From Eledone cirrhosa (taxonomy: Eukaryota), in assembly GCA_964016885.1 (NCBI GenBank), contig OZ024759.1:1116001-1180000 (forward strand): a stretch of DNA of 64,000 nt, written 5' to 3'. This document shows, piece after piece, positions 42,521 to 58,634 of this stretch. The first letter of the stretch is position 1, and every line of letters starts with the position of its first letter. The notes beneath the pieces are model-generated. The model was not told where the DNA came from. It was given only the letters and a program-made list of their open reading frames with translations, and ran no database searches. The translations under genes were made by a program, and so were the position numbers.

Positions 42521-45500
42521 AGTCTATATTGTACCATGACACAGTCTATATTAGTAACATGACATAGTCTATATTAGTAACATGACAAAGTCTATATTAG
42601 TAACATGACAGCCTATATTGTAACATGACACAGTCTATATTAGTAACATGACACAGTCTATATTAGTAACATGACAGTCTATATTAGTAACATGACACAG
42701 TCTATATTAGTAACATGACACAGTCTATATTAGTAACATGACAGTCTATATTAGTAGCATGGCAATGTCTATATTAGTAACATGACACAGTCTATATTAG
42801 TAACAAGACATAGTCTATATTAGTAACATGACATAGTCTATATTAGTAGCATGACAAAGTCTATATTAGTAACATGACAAAGTCTATATTAGTAACATGA
42901 CACAGTCTATCTTAGTAACATGACAAAGTCTATATTAGTAACATGACACAGTCTATATTAGTAACATGACAAAGTCTATATTAGTAGCATGACAAAGTCT
43001 ATATTAGTAACATGACACAGTCTATATTAGTAACATGACAAAGTCTATATTAGTAACGTGACAAAGTCTATATTAGTAACATGACAAAGTCTATATTAGT
43101 AACATGACTAAGTCTATATTAGTAACATGACACAGTCTATATTAGTAACATGACAGTCTATATTAGTAGCATGACAAAGTCTATATTAGTAACATGACAC
43201 AGTCTATATTAGTAACATGACACAGTCTATATTAGTAACATGACACAGTCTATATTAGTAACATGACAGTCTATATTAGTAACATGACAAAGTCTATATT
43301 AGTAACATGGCAAAGTCTATGTTAGTAACATGACAAAGTCTATATTAGTAACATGACAGTCTATATTAGTAACATGACATATTCTATATTAGTAACATGA
43401 CAAAGTCTATATTAGTAGCATGACAAAGTCTATATTAGTAACATGACAGTCTATATTAGTAACATGCCAAAGTCTATATTAGTAGCATGACAAAGTCTAT
43501 ATTAGTAACATGACACAGTCTATATTAGTAACATGACACAGTCTATATTAGTAACATGACACAGTCTATATTAGTAGCATGACAAAGTCTATATTAGTAA
43601 CATGACAAAGTCTATATTAGTAACATGACAAAGTCTATATTAGTAACATGACAAAGTCTATATTAGTAACATGACACAGTGTATATTAGTAATATGACAG
43701 TCTATATTAGTAGCATGACAAAGTCTATATTAGTAACATGACAAAGTCTATATTAGTAACATGACACAGTCTATATTAGTAACATGACACAGTCTATATT
43801 AGTAACATGACAAAGTCTATATTAGTAACATGACACAGTCTATATTAGTAACATGACAAAGTCTATATTAGTAACATGACAAAGTCTATATTAGTAACAT
43901 GACAGTCTATATTAGTAACATGACAAAGTCTATATTAGTAACATGACAAAGTCTCTATTAGTAACATGACAAAGTCTATATTAGTAACATGACAAAGTCT
44001 CTATTAGTAACATGACAAAGTCTATATTAGTAACATGACAGTCTATATTAGTAACATGACAAAGTCTATATTAGTAACATGACAGTCTATATTGTAACAT
44101 GACACAGTCTATATTAGTAACATGACACAGTTTATATTAGTAACATGACATAGTCTATATTAGTAACATGACAAAGTCTATATTAGTAACATGACAGTCT
44201 ATATTGTAACATGACACAGTCTATATTAGTAACATGACACAGTCTATATTAGTAACATGACAGTCTATATTAGTAACATGACAAAGTCTATATTAGTAAC
44301 ATGACAAAGTCTATATTAGTAACATGACAAAGTCTATATTAGTAACATGACAAAGTCTATATTAGTAGCATGACACAGTCTATATTAGTAACATGACAAA
44401 GTCTATATTAGTAACATGACAAAGTCTATATTAGTAACATGACACAGTCTATATTAGTAACATGACACAGTCTATATTAGTAACATGACAAAGTCTATAT
44501 TATTAGCATGACAAAGTCTATATTAGTAACATGACAAAGTCTATATTAGTAACATGACACAGTCTATATTAGTAACATGACAGTCTATATTAGTAAAATG
44601 ACAGTCCATATTAGTAGCATGACAAAGTCTATATTAGTAACATGACAAAGTCTATATTAGTAACATGACACAGTCTATATTAGTAACATGACACAGTCTA
44701 TATTAGTAACATCACACAGTCTATATTAGTAACATGACAAAGTCTATATTAGTAACATGGCAAAGTCTATATTAGTAACATGACAAAGTCTATATTAGTA
44801 ACATGACAAGGCCTATATTAGTAATATGACACAGTCTATATTAGTAACATGACAAAGTCTATATTAGTAACATGACAGTCTATATTAGTAACATGACAAA
44901 GTCTATATTAGTAACATGACAAAGTCTATATTAGTAACATGACAGTCTATATTAGTAACATGACACAGTCTATATTAGTAACATGACAAAGTCTATATTA
45001 GTAACATGACACAGTCTATATTAGTAACATGACAAAGACTCTATTAGTAACATGACAAAGTCTATATTAGTAACATGACAGTCTATATTAGTAACATGAC
45101 AAAATCTATATTAGTAACATGACAGTCTATATTAGTAACATGACAAAGTCTATATTAGTAACATGACAGTCTATATTGTACCATGACACAGTCTATATTA
45201 GTAACATGACATAGTCTATGTTAGTAACATGACAAAGTCTATATTAGTAACATGACAGTCTATATTGTAACATGACACAGTCTATCTTAGTAACATGACA
45301 CAGTCTATATTAGTAACATGACAGTCTATATTAGTAACATGACACAGTCTATATTAGTAACATGACCCAGTCTATATTAGTAACATGACAGTCTATATTA
45401 GTAGCATGGCAATGTCTATATTAGTAACATGACACAGTCTATATTAGTAACAAGACATTGTCTATATTAGTAACATGACATAGTCTATATTAGTAGCATG

Positions 45501-45619
45501 ACAAAGTCTATATTAGTAACATGACAAAGTCTATATTAGTAACATGACAAAGTCTATATTAGTAACATGACAAAGTCTATATTAGTAACATGACAAAGTC
45601 TATATTAGTAACATGACTA

Positions 45620-48600
45620 AGTCTATATTAGTAACATGACACAGTCTATATTAGTAACATGACAGTCTATATTAGTAGCATGACAAAGTCTATATTAGTA
45701 ACATGACAAAGTCTATATTAGTAACATGACACAGTCTATATTAGTAACATGACACAGTCTATATTAGTAACATGACAGTCTATATTAGTAACATGACAAA
45801 GTCTATATTAGTAACATGGCAAAGTCTATGTTAGTAACATGACAAAGTCTATATTAGTAACATGACAGTCTATATTAGTAACATGACACATTCTATATTA
45901 GTAACATGACAAAGTCTATATTAGTAGCATGACAAAGTCTATATTAGTAACATGACAGTCTATATTAGTAACATGCCAAAGTCTATATTAGTAGCATGAC
46001 AAAGTCTATATTAGTAACATGACACAGTCTATATTAGTAACATGACACAGTCTATATTAGTAACATGACACAGTCTATATTAGTAGCATGACAAAGTCTA
46101 TATTAGTAACATGACAAAGTCTATATTAGTAACATGACAAAGTCTATATTAGTAACATGACACAGTGTATATTAGTAATATGACAGTCTATATTAGTAGC
46201 ATGACAAAGTCTATATTAGTAACATGACAAAGTCTATATTAGTAACATGACACAGTCTATATTAGTAACATGACACAGTCTATATTAGTAACATGACACA
46301 GTCTATATTAGTAACATGACAAAGTCTATATTAGTAACATGGCAAAGTCTATATTAGTAACATGACAAAGTCTATATTAGTAACATGACAAGGTCTATAT
46401 TAGTAACATGACACAGTCTATATAAGTAACATGACAAAGTCTATATTAGTAACATGACAGTCTATATTAGTAACATGCCAAAGTCTATATTAGTAGCATG
46501 ACAAAGTCTATATTAGTAGCATGACACAGTCTATATTAGTAACATGACATAGTCTATATTAGTAACATGACACAGTCTATATTAGTATCATGACAAAGTC
46601 TATATTAGTAACATGACAAAGTCTATATTAGTAACATGAGAAAGTCTATATTAGTAACATGACACAGTCTATATTAGTAACATGACAAAGTCTATATTAG
46701 TAACATGACACAGTCTATATTAGTAACATGACACAGTCTATATTAGTAACATGACAAAGTCTATATTAGTAGCATGACAAAGTCTATATTAGTAACATGA
46801 CAAAGTCTATATTAGTAACATGGCACAGTCTATATTAGTAACATGACAAAGTCTATATTAGTAACATGACGGTCTATATTAGTAACATGACAGTCTATAT
46901 TAGTAGCATGACAAAGTCTATATTAGTAACATGACACAGTCTATATCAGTAACATGACACAGTCTATATTAGTAACATGACAAAGTCTATATTAGTAGCA
47001 TGACAAAGTCTATATTAGTAACATGACACAGTCTATATTAGTAACATGACAAAGTCTATATTAGTAGCATGACAAAGTCTATATTAGTAACATGACAAAG
47101 TCTATATTAGTAACATGACACAGTCTATATTAGTAACATGACAGTCTATATTAGTAACATGACAGTCCATATTAGTAGCATGACAAAGTCTATATTAGTA
47201 ACATGACAAAGTCTATATTAGTAACATGACACAGTCTATATTAGTAACATGACACAGTCTATATTAGTAACATCATACAGTCTATATTAGTAACATGACA
47301 AAGTCTATATTAGTAACATGGCAAAGTCTATATTAGTAACATGACACAGTCTATATTAGTAACATGACAAGGCCTATATTAGTAACATGACACAGTCTAT
47401 ATTAGTAACATGACAAAGTCTATATTAGTAACATGACAGTCTATATTAGTAACATGACAAAGTCTATATTAGTAACATGACAAAGTCTATATTAGTAACA
47501 TGACAGTCTATATTAGTAACATGACACAGTCTATATTAGTAACATGACAAAGTCTATATTAGTAACATGACACAGTCTATATTAGTAACATAACACAGTC
47601 TATATTAGTAACATGACACAGTTTATATTAGTAACATGACAAAGTCTATATTAGTAACATGACAAAGTCTATATTAGTAACATGGCAGTCTATATTAGTT
47701 ACATGACAAAGTCTATATTAGTAACATGACACAGTCTATATTAGTAACATGACAAAGACTCTATTAGTAACATGACAAAGTCTATATTAGTAACATGACA
47801 GTCTATATTAGTAACATGACAAAATCTATATTAGTAACATGACAGTCTATATTAGTAACATGACAAAGTCTATATTAGTAACATGACAGTCTATATTGTA
47901 CCATGACACAGTCTATATTAGTAACATGACATAGTCTATATTAGTAACATGACAAAGTCTATATTAGTAACATGACAGTCTATATTGTAACATGACACAG
48001 TCTATATTAGTAACATGACACAGTCTATATTAGTAACATGACAGTCTATATTAGTAACATGACAAAGTCTATATTAGTAACATGACACAGTCTATATTAG
48101 TAGCATGACAAAGTCTATATTAGTAACATGACAAAGTCTATATTAGTAGCATGACAAAGTCTATATTAGTAACATGACAAAGTCTATATTAGTAACATGA
48201 CAAAGTCTATATTAGTAGCATGACACAGTCTATATTAGTAACATGACAAAGTCTATATTAGTAACATGACAAAGTCTATATTAGTAACATGACACAGTCT
48301 ATATTAGTAACATGACACAGTCTATATTAGTAACATGACAAAGTCTATATTAGTAGCATGACAAAGTCTATATTAGTAACATGACACAGTCTATATTAGT
48401 AACATGACAAAGTCTATATTAGTAGCATGACAAAGTCTATATTAGTAACATGACAAAGTCTATATTAGTAACATGACACAGTCTATATTAGTAACATGAC
48501 AGTCTATATTAGTAAAATGACAGTCCATATTAGTAGCATGACAAAGTCTATATTAGTAACATGACAAAGTCTATATTAGTAACATGACACAGTCTATATT

Positions 48601-51600
48601 AGTAACATGACACAGTCTATATTAGTAACATCACACAGTCTATATTAGTAACATGACAAAGTCTATATTAGTAACATGGCAAAGTCTATATTAGTAACAT
48701 GACAAAGTCTATATTAGTAACATGACAGTCTATATTAGTAACATGACAAAGTCTATATTAGTAACATGACAAAGTCTATATTAGTAACATGACAGTCTAT
48801 ATTAGTAACATGACACAGTCTATATTAGTAACATGACAAAGTCTATATTAGTAACATGACACAGTCTATATTAGTAACATGACACAGTCTATATTAGTAA
48901 CATGACACAGTTTATATTAGTAACATGACAAAGTCTATATTAGTAACATGACAAAGTCTATATTAGTAACATGGCAGTCTATATTAGTAACATGACAAAG
49001 TCTATATTAGTAACATGACACAGTCTATATTAGTAACATGACAAAGACTCTATTAGTAACATGACAAAGTCTATATTAGTAACATGACAGTCTATATTAG
49101 TAACATGACAAAATCTATATTAGTAACATGACAGTCTATATTAGTAACATGACAAAGTCTATATTAGTAACATGACAGTCTATATTGTACCATGACACAG
49201 TCTATATTAGTAACATGACATAGTCTATATTAGTAACATGACAAAGTCTATATTAGTAACATGACAGCCTATATTGTAACATGACACAGTCTATATTAGT
49301 AACATGACACAGTCTATATTAGTAACATGACAGTCTATATTAGTAACATGACACAGTCTATATTAGTAACATGACACAGTCTATATTAGTAACATGACAG
49401 TCTATATTAGTAGCATGGCAATGTCTATATTAGTAACATGACACAGTCTATATTAGTAACAAGACATAGTCTATATTAGTAACATGACATAGTCTATATT
49501 AGTAGCATGACAAAGTCTATATTAGTAACATGACAAAGTCTATATTAGTAACATGACACAGTCTATCTTAGTAACATGACAAAGTCTATATTAGTAACAT
49601 GACACAGTCTATATTAGTAACATGACAAAGTCTATATTAGTAGCATGACAAAGTCTATATTAGTAACATGACACAGTCTATATTAGTAACATGACAAAGT
49701 CTATATTAGTAACGTGACAAAGTCTATATTAGTAACATGACAAAGTCTATATTAGTAACATGACTAAGTCTATATTAGTAACATGACACAGTCTATATTA
49801 GTAACATGACAGTCTATATTAGTAGCATGACAAAGTCTATATTAGTAACATGACACAGTCTATATTAGTAACATGACACAGTCTATATTAGTAACATGAC
49901 ACAGTCTATATTAGTAACATGACAGTCTATATTAGTAACATGACACATTCTATATTAGTAACATGACAAAGTCTATATTAGTAGCATGACAAAGTCTATA
50001 TTAGTAACATGACAGTCTATATTAGTAACATGCCAAAGTCTATATTAGTAGCATGACAAAGTCTATATTAGTAACATGACACAGTCTATATTAGTAACAT
50101 GACACAGTCTATATTAGTAACATGACACAGTCTATATTAGTAGCATGACAAAGTCTATATTAGTAACATGACAAAGTCTATATTAGTAACATGACAAAGT
50201 CTATATTAGTAACATGACAAAGTCTATATTAGTAACATGACACAGTGTATATTAGTAATATGACAGTCTATATTAGTAGCATGACAAAGTCTATATTAGT
50301 AACATGACAAAGTCTATATTAGTAACATGACACAGTCTATATTAGTAACATGACAGTCTATATTAGTAGCATGACAAAGTCTATATTAGTAACATGACAA
50401 AGTCTATATTAGTAACATGACACAGTCTATATTAGTAACATGACACAGTCTATATTAGTAACATGACAGTCTATATTAGTAACATGACAAAGTCTATATT
50501 AGTAACATGGCAAAGTCTATGTTAGTAACATGACAAAGTCTATATTAGTAACATGACAGTCTATATTAGTAACATGACACATTCTATATTAGTAACATGA
50601 CAAAGTCTATATTAGTAGCATGACAAAGTCTATATTAGTAACATGACAGTCTATATTAGTAACATGCCAAAGTCTATATTAGTAGCATGACAAAGTCTAT
50701 ATTAGTAACATGACACAGTCTATATTAGTAACATGACACAGTCTATATTAGTAACATGACACAGTCTATATTAGTAGCATGACAAAGTCTATATTAGTAA
50801 CATGACAAAGTCTATATTAGTAACATGACAAAGTCTATATTAGTAACATGACACAGTGTATATTAGTAATATGACAGTCTATATTAGTAGCATGACAAAG
50901 TCTATATTAGTAACATGACAAAGTCTATATTAGTAACATGACACAGTCTATATTAGTAACATGACACAGTCTATATTAGTAACATGACACAGTCTATATT
51001 AGTAACATGACAAAGTCTATATTAGTAACATGGCAAAGTCTATATTAGTAACATGACAAAGTCTATATTAGTAACATGACAAGGTCTATATTAGTAACAT
51101 GACACAGTCTATATAAGTAACATGACAAAGTCTATATTAGTAACATGACAGTCTATATTAGTAACATGCCAAAGTCTATATTAGTAGCATGACAAAGTCT
51201 ATATTAGTAGCATGACACAGTCTATATTAGTAACATGACATAGTCTATATTAGTAACATGACACAGTCTATATTAGTATCATGACAAAGTCTATATTAGT
51301 AACATGACAAAGTCTATATTAGTAACATGAGAAAGTCTATATTAGTAACATGACACAGTCTATATTAGTAACATGACAAAGTCTATATTAGTAACATGAC
51401 ACAGTCTATATTAGTAACATGACACAGTCTATATTAGTAACATGACAAAGTCTATATTAGTAGCATGACAAAGTCTATATTAGTAACATGACAAAGTCTA
51501 TATTAGTAACATGGCACAGTCTATATTAGTAACATGACAAAGTCTATATTAGTAACATGACGGTCTATATTAGTAACATGACAGTCTATATTAGTAGCAT

Positions 51601-54580
51601 GACAAAGTCTATATTAGTAACATGACACAGTCTATATCAGTAACATGACACAGTCTATATTAGTAACATGACAAAGTCTATATTAGTAGCATGACAAAGT
51701 CTATATTAGTAACATGACACAGTCTATATTAGTAACATGACAAAGTCTATATTAGTAGCATGACAAAGTCTATATTAGTAACATGACAAAGTCTATATTA
51801 GTAACATGACACAGTCTATATTAGTAACATGACAGTCTATATTAGTAACATGACAGTCCATATTAGTAGCATGACAAAGTCTATATTAGTAACATGACAA
51901 AGTCTATATTAGTAACATGACACAGTCTATATTAGTAACATGACACAGTCTATATTAGTAACATCATACAGTCTATATTAGTAACATGACACAGTCTATA
52001 TTAGTAACATGACAAGGCCTATATTAGTAACATGACACAGTCTATATTAGTAACATGACAAAGTCTATATTAGTAACATGACAGTCTATATTAGTAACAT
52101 GACAAAGTCTATATTAGTAACATGACAAAGTCTATATTAGTAACATGACAGTCTATATTAGTAACATGACACAGTCTATATTAGTAACATGACAAAGTCT
52201 ATATTAGTAACATGACACAGTCTATATTAGTAACATAACACAGTCTATATTAGTAACATGACACAGTTTATATTAGTAACATGACAAAGTCTATATTAGT
52301 AACATGACAAAGTCTATATTAGTAACATGGCAGTCTATATTAGTTACATGACAAAGTCTATATTAGTAACATGACACAGTCTATATTAGTAACATGACAA
52401 AGACTCTATTAGTAACATGACAAAGTCTATATTAGTAACATGACAGTCTATATTAGTAACATGACAAAATCTATATTAGTAACATGACAGTCTATATTAG
52501 TAACATGACAAAGTCTATATTAGTAACATGACAGTCTATATTGTACCATGACACAGTCTATATTAGTAACATGACATAGTCTATATTAGTAACATGACAA
52601 AGTCTATATTAGTAACATGACAGTCTATATTGTAACATGACACACTCTATATTAGTAACATGACACAGTCTATATTAGTAACATGACAGTCTATATTAGT
52701 AACATGACAAAGTCTATATTAGTAACATGACACAGTCTATATTAGTAGCATGACAAAGTCTATATTAGTAACATGACAAAGTCTATATTAGTAGCATGAC
52801 AAAGTCTATATTAGTAACATGACAAAGTCTATATTAGTAACATGACAAAGTCTATATTAGTAGCATGACACAGTCTATATTAGTAACATGACAAAGTCTA
52901 TATTAGTAACATGACAAAGTCTATATTAGTAACATGACACAGTCTATATTAGTAACATGACACAGTCTATATTAGTAACATGACAAAGTCTATATTAGTA
53001 GCATGACAAAGTCTATATTAGTAACATGACACAGTCTATATTAGTAACATGACAAAGTCTATATTAGTAGCATGACAAAGTCTATATTAGTAACATGACA
53101 AAGTCTATATTAGTAACATGACACAGTCTATATTAGTAACATGACAGTCTATATTAGTAAAATGACAGTCCATATTAGTAGCATGACAAAGTCTATATTA
53201 GTAACATGACAAAGTCTATATTAGTAACATGACACAGTCTATATTAGTAACATGACACAGTCTATATTAGTAACATCACACAGTCTATATTAGTAACATG
53301 ACAAAGTCTATATTAGTAACATGGCAAAGTCTATATTAGTAACATGACAAAGTCTATATTAGTAACATGACAGTCTATATTAGTAACATGACAAAGTCTA
53401 TATTAGTAACATGACAAAGTCTATATTAGTAACATGACAGTCTATATTAGTAACATGACACAGTCTATATTAGTAACATGACAAAGTCTATATTAGTAAC
53501 ATGACACAGTCTATATTAGTAACATGACACAGTCTATATTAGTAACATGACACAGTTTATATTAGTAACATGACAAAGTCTATATTAGTAACATGACAAA
53601 GTCTATATTAGTAACATGGCAGTCTATATTAGTAACATGACAAAGTCTATATTAGTAACATGACACAGTCTATATTAGTAACATGACAAAGACTCTATTA
53701 GTAACATGACAAAGTCTATATTAGTAACATGACAGTCTATATTAGTAACATGACAAAATCTATATTAGTAACATGACAGTCTATATTAGTAACATGACAA
53801 AGTCTATATTAGTAACATGACAGTCTATATTGTACCATGACACAGTCTATATTAGTAACATGACATAGTCTATATTAGTAACATGACAAAGTCTATATTA
53901 GTAACATGACAGCCTATATTGTAACATGACACAGTCTATATTAGTAACATGACACAGTCTATATTAGTAACATGACAGTCTATATTAGTAACATGACACA
54001 GTCTATATTAGTAACATGACACAGTCTATATTAGTAACATGACAGTCTATATTAGTAGCATGGCAATGTCTATATTAGTAACATGACACAGTCTATATTA
54101 GTAACAAGACATAGTCTATATTAGTAACATGACATAGTCTATATTAGTAGCATGACAAAGTCTATATTAGTAACATGACAAAGTCTATATTAGTAACATG
54201 ACACAGTCTATCTTAGTAACATGACAAAGTCTATATTAGTAACATGACACAGTCTATATTAGTAACATGACAAAGTCTATATTAGTAGCATGACAAAGTC
54301 TATATTAGTAACATGACACAGTCTATATTAGTAACATGACAAAGTCTATATTAGTAACGTGACAAAGTCTATATTAGTAACATGACAAAGTCTATATTAG
54401 TAACATGACTAAGTCTATATTAGTAACATGACACAGTCTATATTAGTAACATGACAGTCTATATTAGTAGCATGACAAAGTCTATATTAGTAACATGACA
54501 CAGTCTATATTAGTAACATGACACAGTCTATATTAGTAACATGACACAGTCTATATTAGTAACATGACAGTCTATATTAG
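45620..54580. repeat. ~4.3-kb block duplication (offset 4,691 bp, then 4,645 bp after a 2-monomer deletion)
   Basis: tataagt 46424/51115 and gagaaag 46640/51331 (offset 4,691); gtacc 47898/52543 and 49187/53832 (offset 4,645). The second copy lacks the gacaaag+ggcaaag monomers near 51985. Boundaries approximate. Confidence 0.82.
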
Positions 54581-57500
54581 TAACATGACAAAGTCTATAT
54601 TAGTAACATGGCAAAGTCTATGTTAGTAACATGACAAAGTCTATATTAGTAACATGACAGTCTATATTAGTAACATGACACATTCTATATTAGTAACATG
54701 ACAAAGTCTATATTAGTAGCATGACAAAGTCTATATTAGTAACATGACAGTCTATATTAGTAACATGCCAAAGTCTATATTAGTAGCATGACAAAGTCTA
54801 TATTAGTAACATGACACAGTCTATATTAGTAACATGACACAGTCTATATTAGTAACATGACACAGTCTATATTAGTAGCATGACAAAGTCTATATTAGTA
54901 ACATGACAAAGTCTATATTAGTAACATGACAAAGTCTATATTAGTAACATGACAAAGTCTATATTAGTAACATGACACAGTGTATATTAGTAATATGACA
55001 GTCTATATTAGTAGCATGACAAAGTCTATATTAGTAACATGACAAAGTCTATATTAGTAACATGACACAGTCTATATTAGTAACATGACAGTCTATATTA
55101 GTAACATGACAAAGTCTATATTAGTAACATGACACAGTCTATATTAGTAACATGACAAAGTCTATATTAGTAACATGACAAAGTCTATATTAGTAACATG
55201 ACAGTCTATATTAGTAACATGACAAAGTCTATATTAGTAACATGACAAAGTCTCTATTAGTAACATGACAAAGTCTATATTAGTAACATGACAAAGTCTC
55301 TATTAGTAACATGACAAAGTCTATATTAGTAACATGACAGTCTATATTAGTAACATGACAAAGTCTATATTAGTAACATGACAGTCTATATTGTAACATG
55401 ACACAGTCTATATTAGTAACATGACACAGTTTATATTAGTAACATGACATAGTCTATATTAGTAACATGACAAAGTCTATATTAGTAACATGACAGTCTA
55501 TATTGTAACATGACACAGTCTATATTAGTAACATGACAGTCTATATTAGTGACATGACAAAGTCTATATTAGTAACATGACAAAGTCTATATTAGTAACA
55601 TGACAAAGTCTATATTAGTAACATGACAAAGTCTATATTAGTAGCATGACACAGTCTATATTAGTAACATGACAAAGTCTATATTAGTAACATGACAAAG
55701 TCTATATTAGTAACATGACACAGTCTATATTAGTAACATGACACAGTCTATATTAGTAACATGACAAAGTCTATATTAGTAGCATGACAAAGTCTATATT
55801 AGTAACATGACAAAGTCTATATTAGTAACATGACACAGTCTATATTAGTAACATGACAGTCTATATTAGTAAAATGACAGTCCATATTAGTAGCATGACA
55901 AAGTCTATATTAGTAACATGACAAAGTCTATATTAGTAACATGACACAGTCTATATTAGTAACATGACACAGTCTATATTAGTAACATCACACAGTCTAT
56001 ATTAGTAACATGACAAAGTCTATATTAGTAACATGGCAAAGTCTATATTAGTAACATGACAAAGTCTATATTAGTAACATGACAAGGCCTATATTAGTAA
56101 TATGACACAGTCTATATTAGTAACATGACAAAGTCTATATTAGTAACATGACAGTCTATATTAGTAACATGACAAAGTCTATATTAGTAACATGACAAAG
56201 TCTATATTAGTAACATGACAGTCTATATTAGTAACATGACACAGTCTATATTAGTAACATGACAAAGTCTATATTAGTAACATGACACAGTCTATATTAG
56301 TAACATGACAAAGACTCTATTAGTAACATGACAAAGTCTATATTAGTAACATGACAGTCTATATTAGTAACATGACAAAATCTATATTAGTAACATGACA
56401 GTCTATATTAGTAACATGACAAAGTCTATATTAGTAACATGACAGTCTATATTGTACCATGACACAGTCTATATTAGTAACATGACATAGTCTATGTTAG
56501 TAACATGACAAAGTCTATATTAGTAACATGACAGTCTATATTGTAACATGACACAGTCTATCTTAGTAACATGACACAGTCTATATTAGTAACATGACAG
56601 TCTATATTAGTAACATGACACAGTCTATATTAGTAACGTGACCCAGTCTATATTAGTAACATGACAGTCTATATTAGTAGCATGGCAATGTCTATATTAG
56701 TAACATGACACAGTCTATATTAGTAACAAGACATTGTCTATATTAGTAACATGACAAAGTCTATATTAGTAACATGACAAAGTCTATATTAGTAACATGA
56801 CAAAGTCTATATTAGTAACATGACAAAGTCTATATTAGTAACATGACTAAGTCTATATTAGTAACATGACACAGTCTATATTAGTAACATGACAGTCTAT
56901 ATTAGTAGCATGACAAAGTCTATATTAGTAACATGACAAAGTCTATATTAGTAACATGACACAGTCTATATTAGTAACATGACACAGTCTATATTAGTAA
57001 CATGACAGTCTATATTAGTAACATGACAAAGTCTATATTAGTAACATGGCAAAGTCTATGTTAGTAACATGACAAAGTCTATATTAGTAACATGACAGTC
57101 TATATTAGTAACATGACACATTCTATATTAGTAACATGACAAAGTCTATATTAGTAGCATGACAAAGTCTATATTAGTAACATGACAGTCTATATTAGTA
57201 ACATGCCAAAGTCTATATTAGTAGCATGACACAGTCTATATTAGTAACATGACAAAGTCTATATTAGTAACATGACAAAGTCTATATTAGTAACATGACA
57301 CAGTCTATATTAGTAACATGACACAGTCTATATTAGTAACATGACAAAGTCTATATTAGTAGCATGACAAAGTCTATATTAGTAACATGACACAGTCTAT
57401 ATTAGTAACATGACAAAGTCTATATTAGTAGCATGACAAAGTCTATATTAGTAACATGACAAAGTCTATATTAGTAACATGACACAGTCTATATTAGTAA

Positions 57501-58634
57501 CATGACAGTCTATATTAGTAAAATGACAGTCCATATTAGTAGCATGACAAAGTCTATATTAGTAACATGACAAAGTCTATATTAGTAACATGACACAGTC
57601 TATATTAGTAACATGACACAGTCTATATTAGTAACATCACACAGTCTATATTAGTAACATGACAAAGTCTATATTAGTAACATGGCAAAGTCTATATTAG
57701 TAACATGACAAAGTCTATATTAGTAACATGACAGTCTATATTAGTAACATGACAAAGTCTATATTAGTAACATGACAAAGTCTATATTAGTAACATGACA
57801 GTCTATATTAGTAACATGACACAGTCTATATTAGTAACATGACAAAGTCTATATTAGTAACATGACACAGTCTATATTAGTAACATGACACAGTCTATAT
57901 TAGTAACATGACACAGTTTATATTAGTAACATGACAAAGTCTATATTAGTAACATGACAAAGTCTATATTAGTAACATGGCAGTCTATATTAGTAACATG
58001 ACAAAGTCTATATTAGTAACATGACACAGTCTATATTAGTAACATGACAAAGACTCTATTAGTAACATGACAAAGTCTATATTAGTAACATGACAGTCTA
58101 TATTAGTAACATGACAAAATCTATATTAGTAACATGACAGTCTATATTAGTAACATGACAAAGTCTATATTAGTAACATGACAGTCTATATTGTACCATG
58201 ACACAGTCTATATTAGTAACATGACATAGTCTATATTAGTAACATGACAAAGTCTATATTAGTAACATGACAGCCTATATTGTAACATGACACAGTCTAT
58301 ATTAGTAACATGACACAGTCTATATTAGTAACATGACAGTCTATATTAGTAACATGACACAGTCTATATTAGTAACATGACACAGTCTATATTAGTAACA
58401 TGACAGTCTATATTAGTAGCATGGCAATGTCTATATTAGTAACATGACACAGTCTATATTAGTAACAAGACATAGTCTATATTAGTAACATGACATAGTC
58501 TATATTAGTAGCATGACAAAGTCTATATTAGTAACATGACAAAGTCTATATTAGTAACATGACACAGTCTATCTTAGTAACATGACAAAGTCTATATTAG
58601 TAACATGACACAGTCTATATTAGTAACATGACAA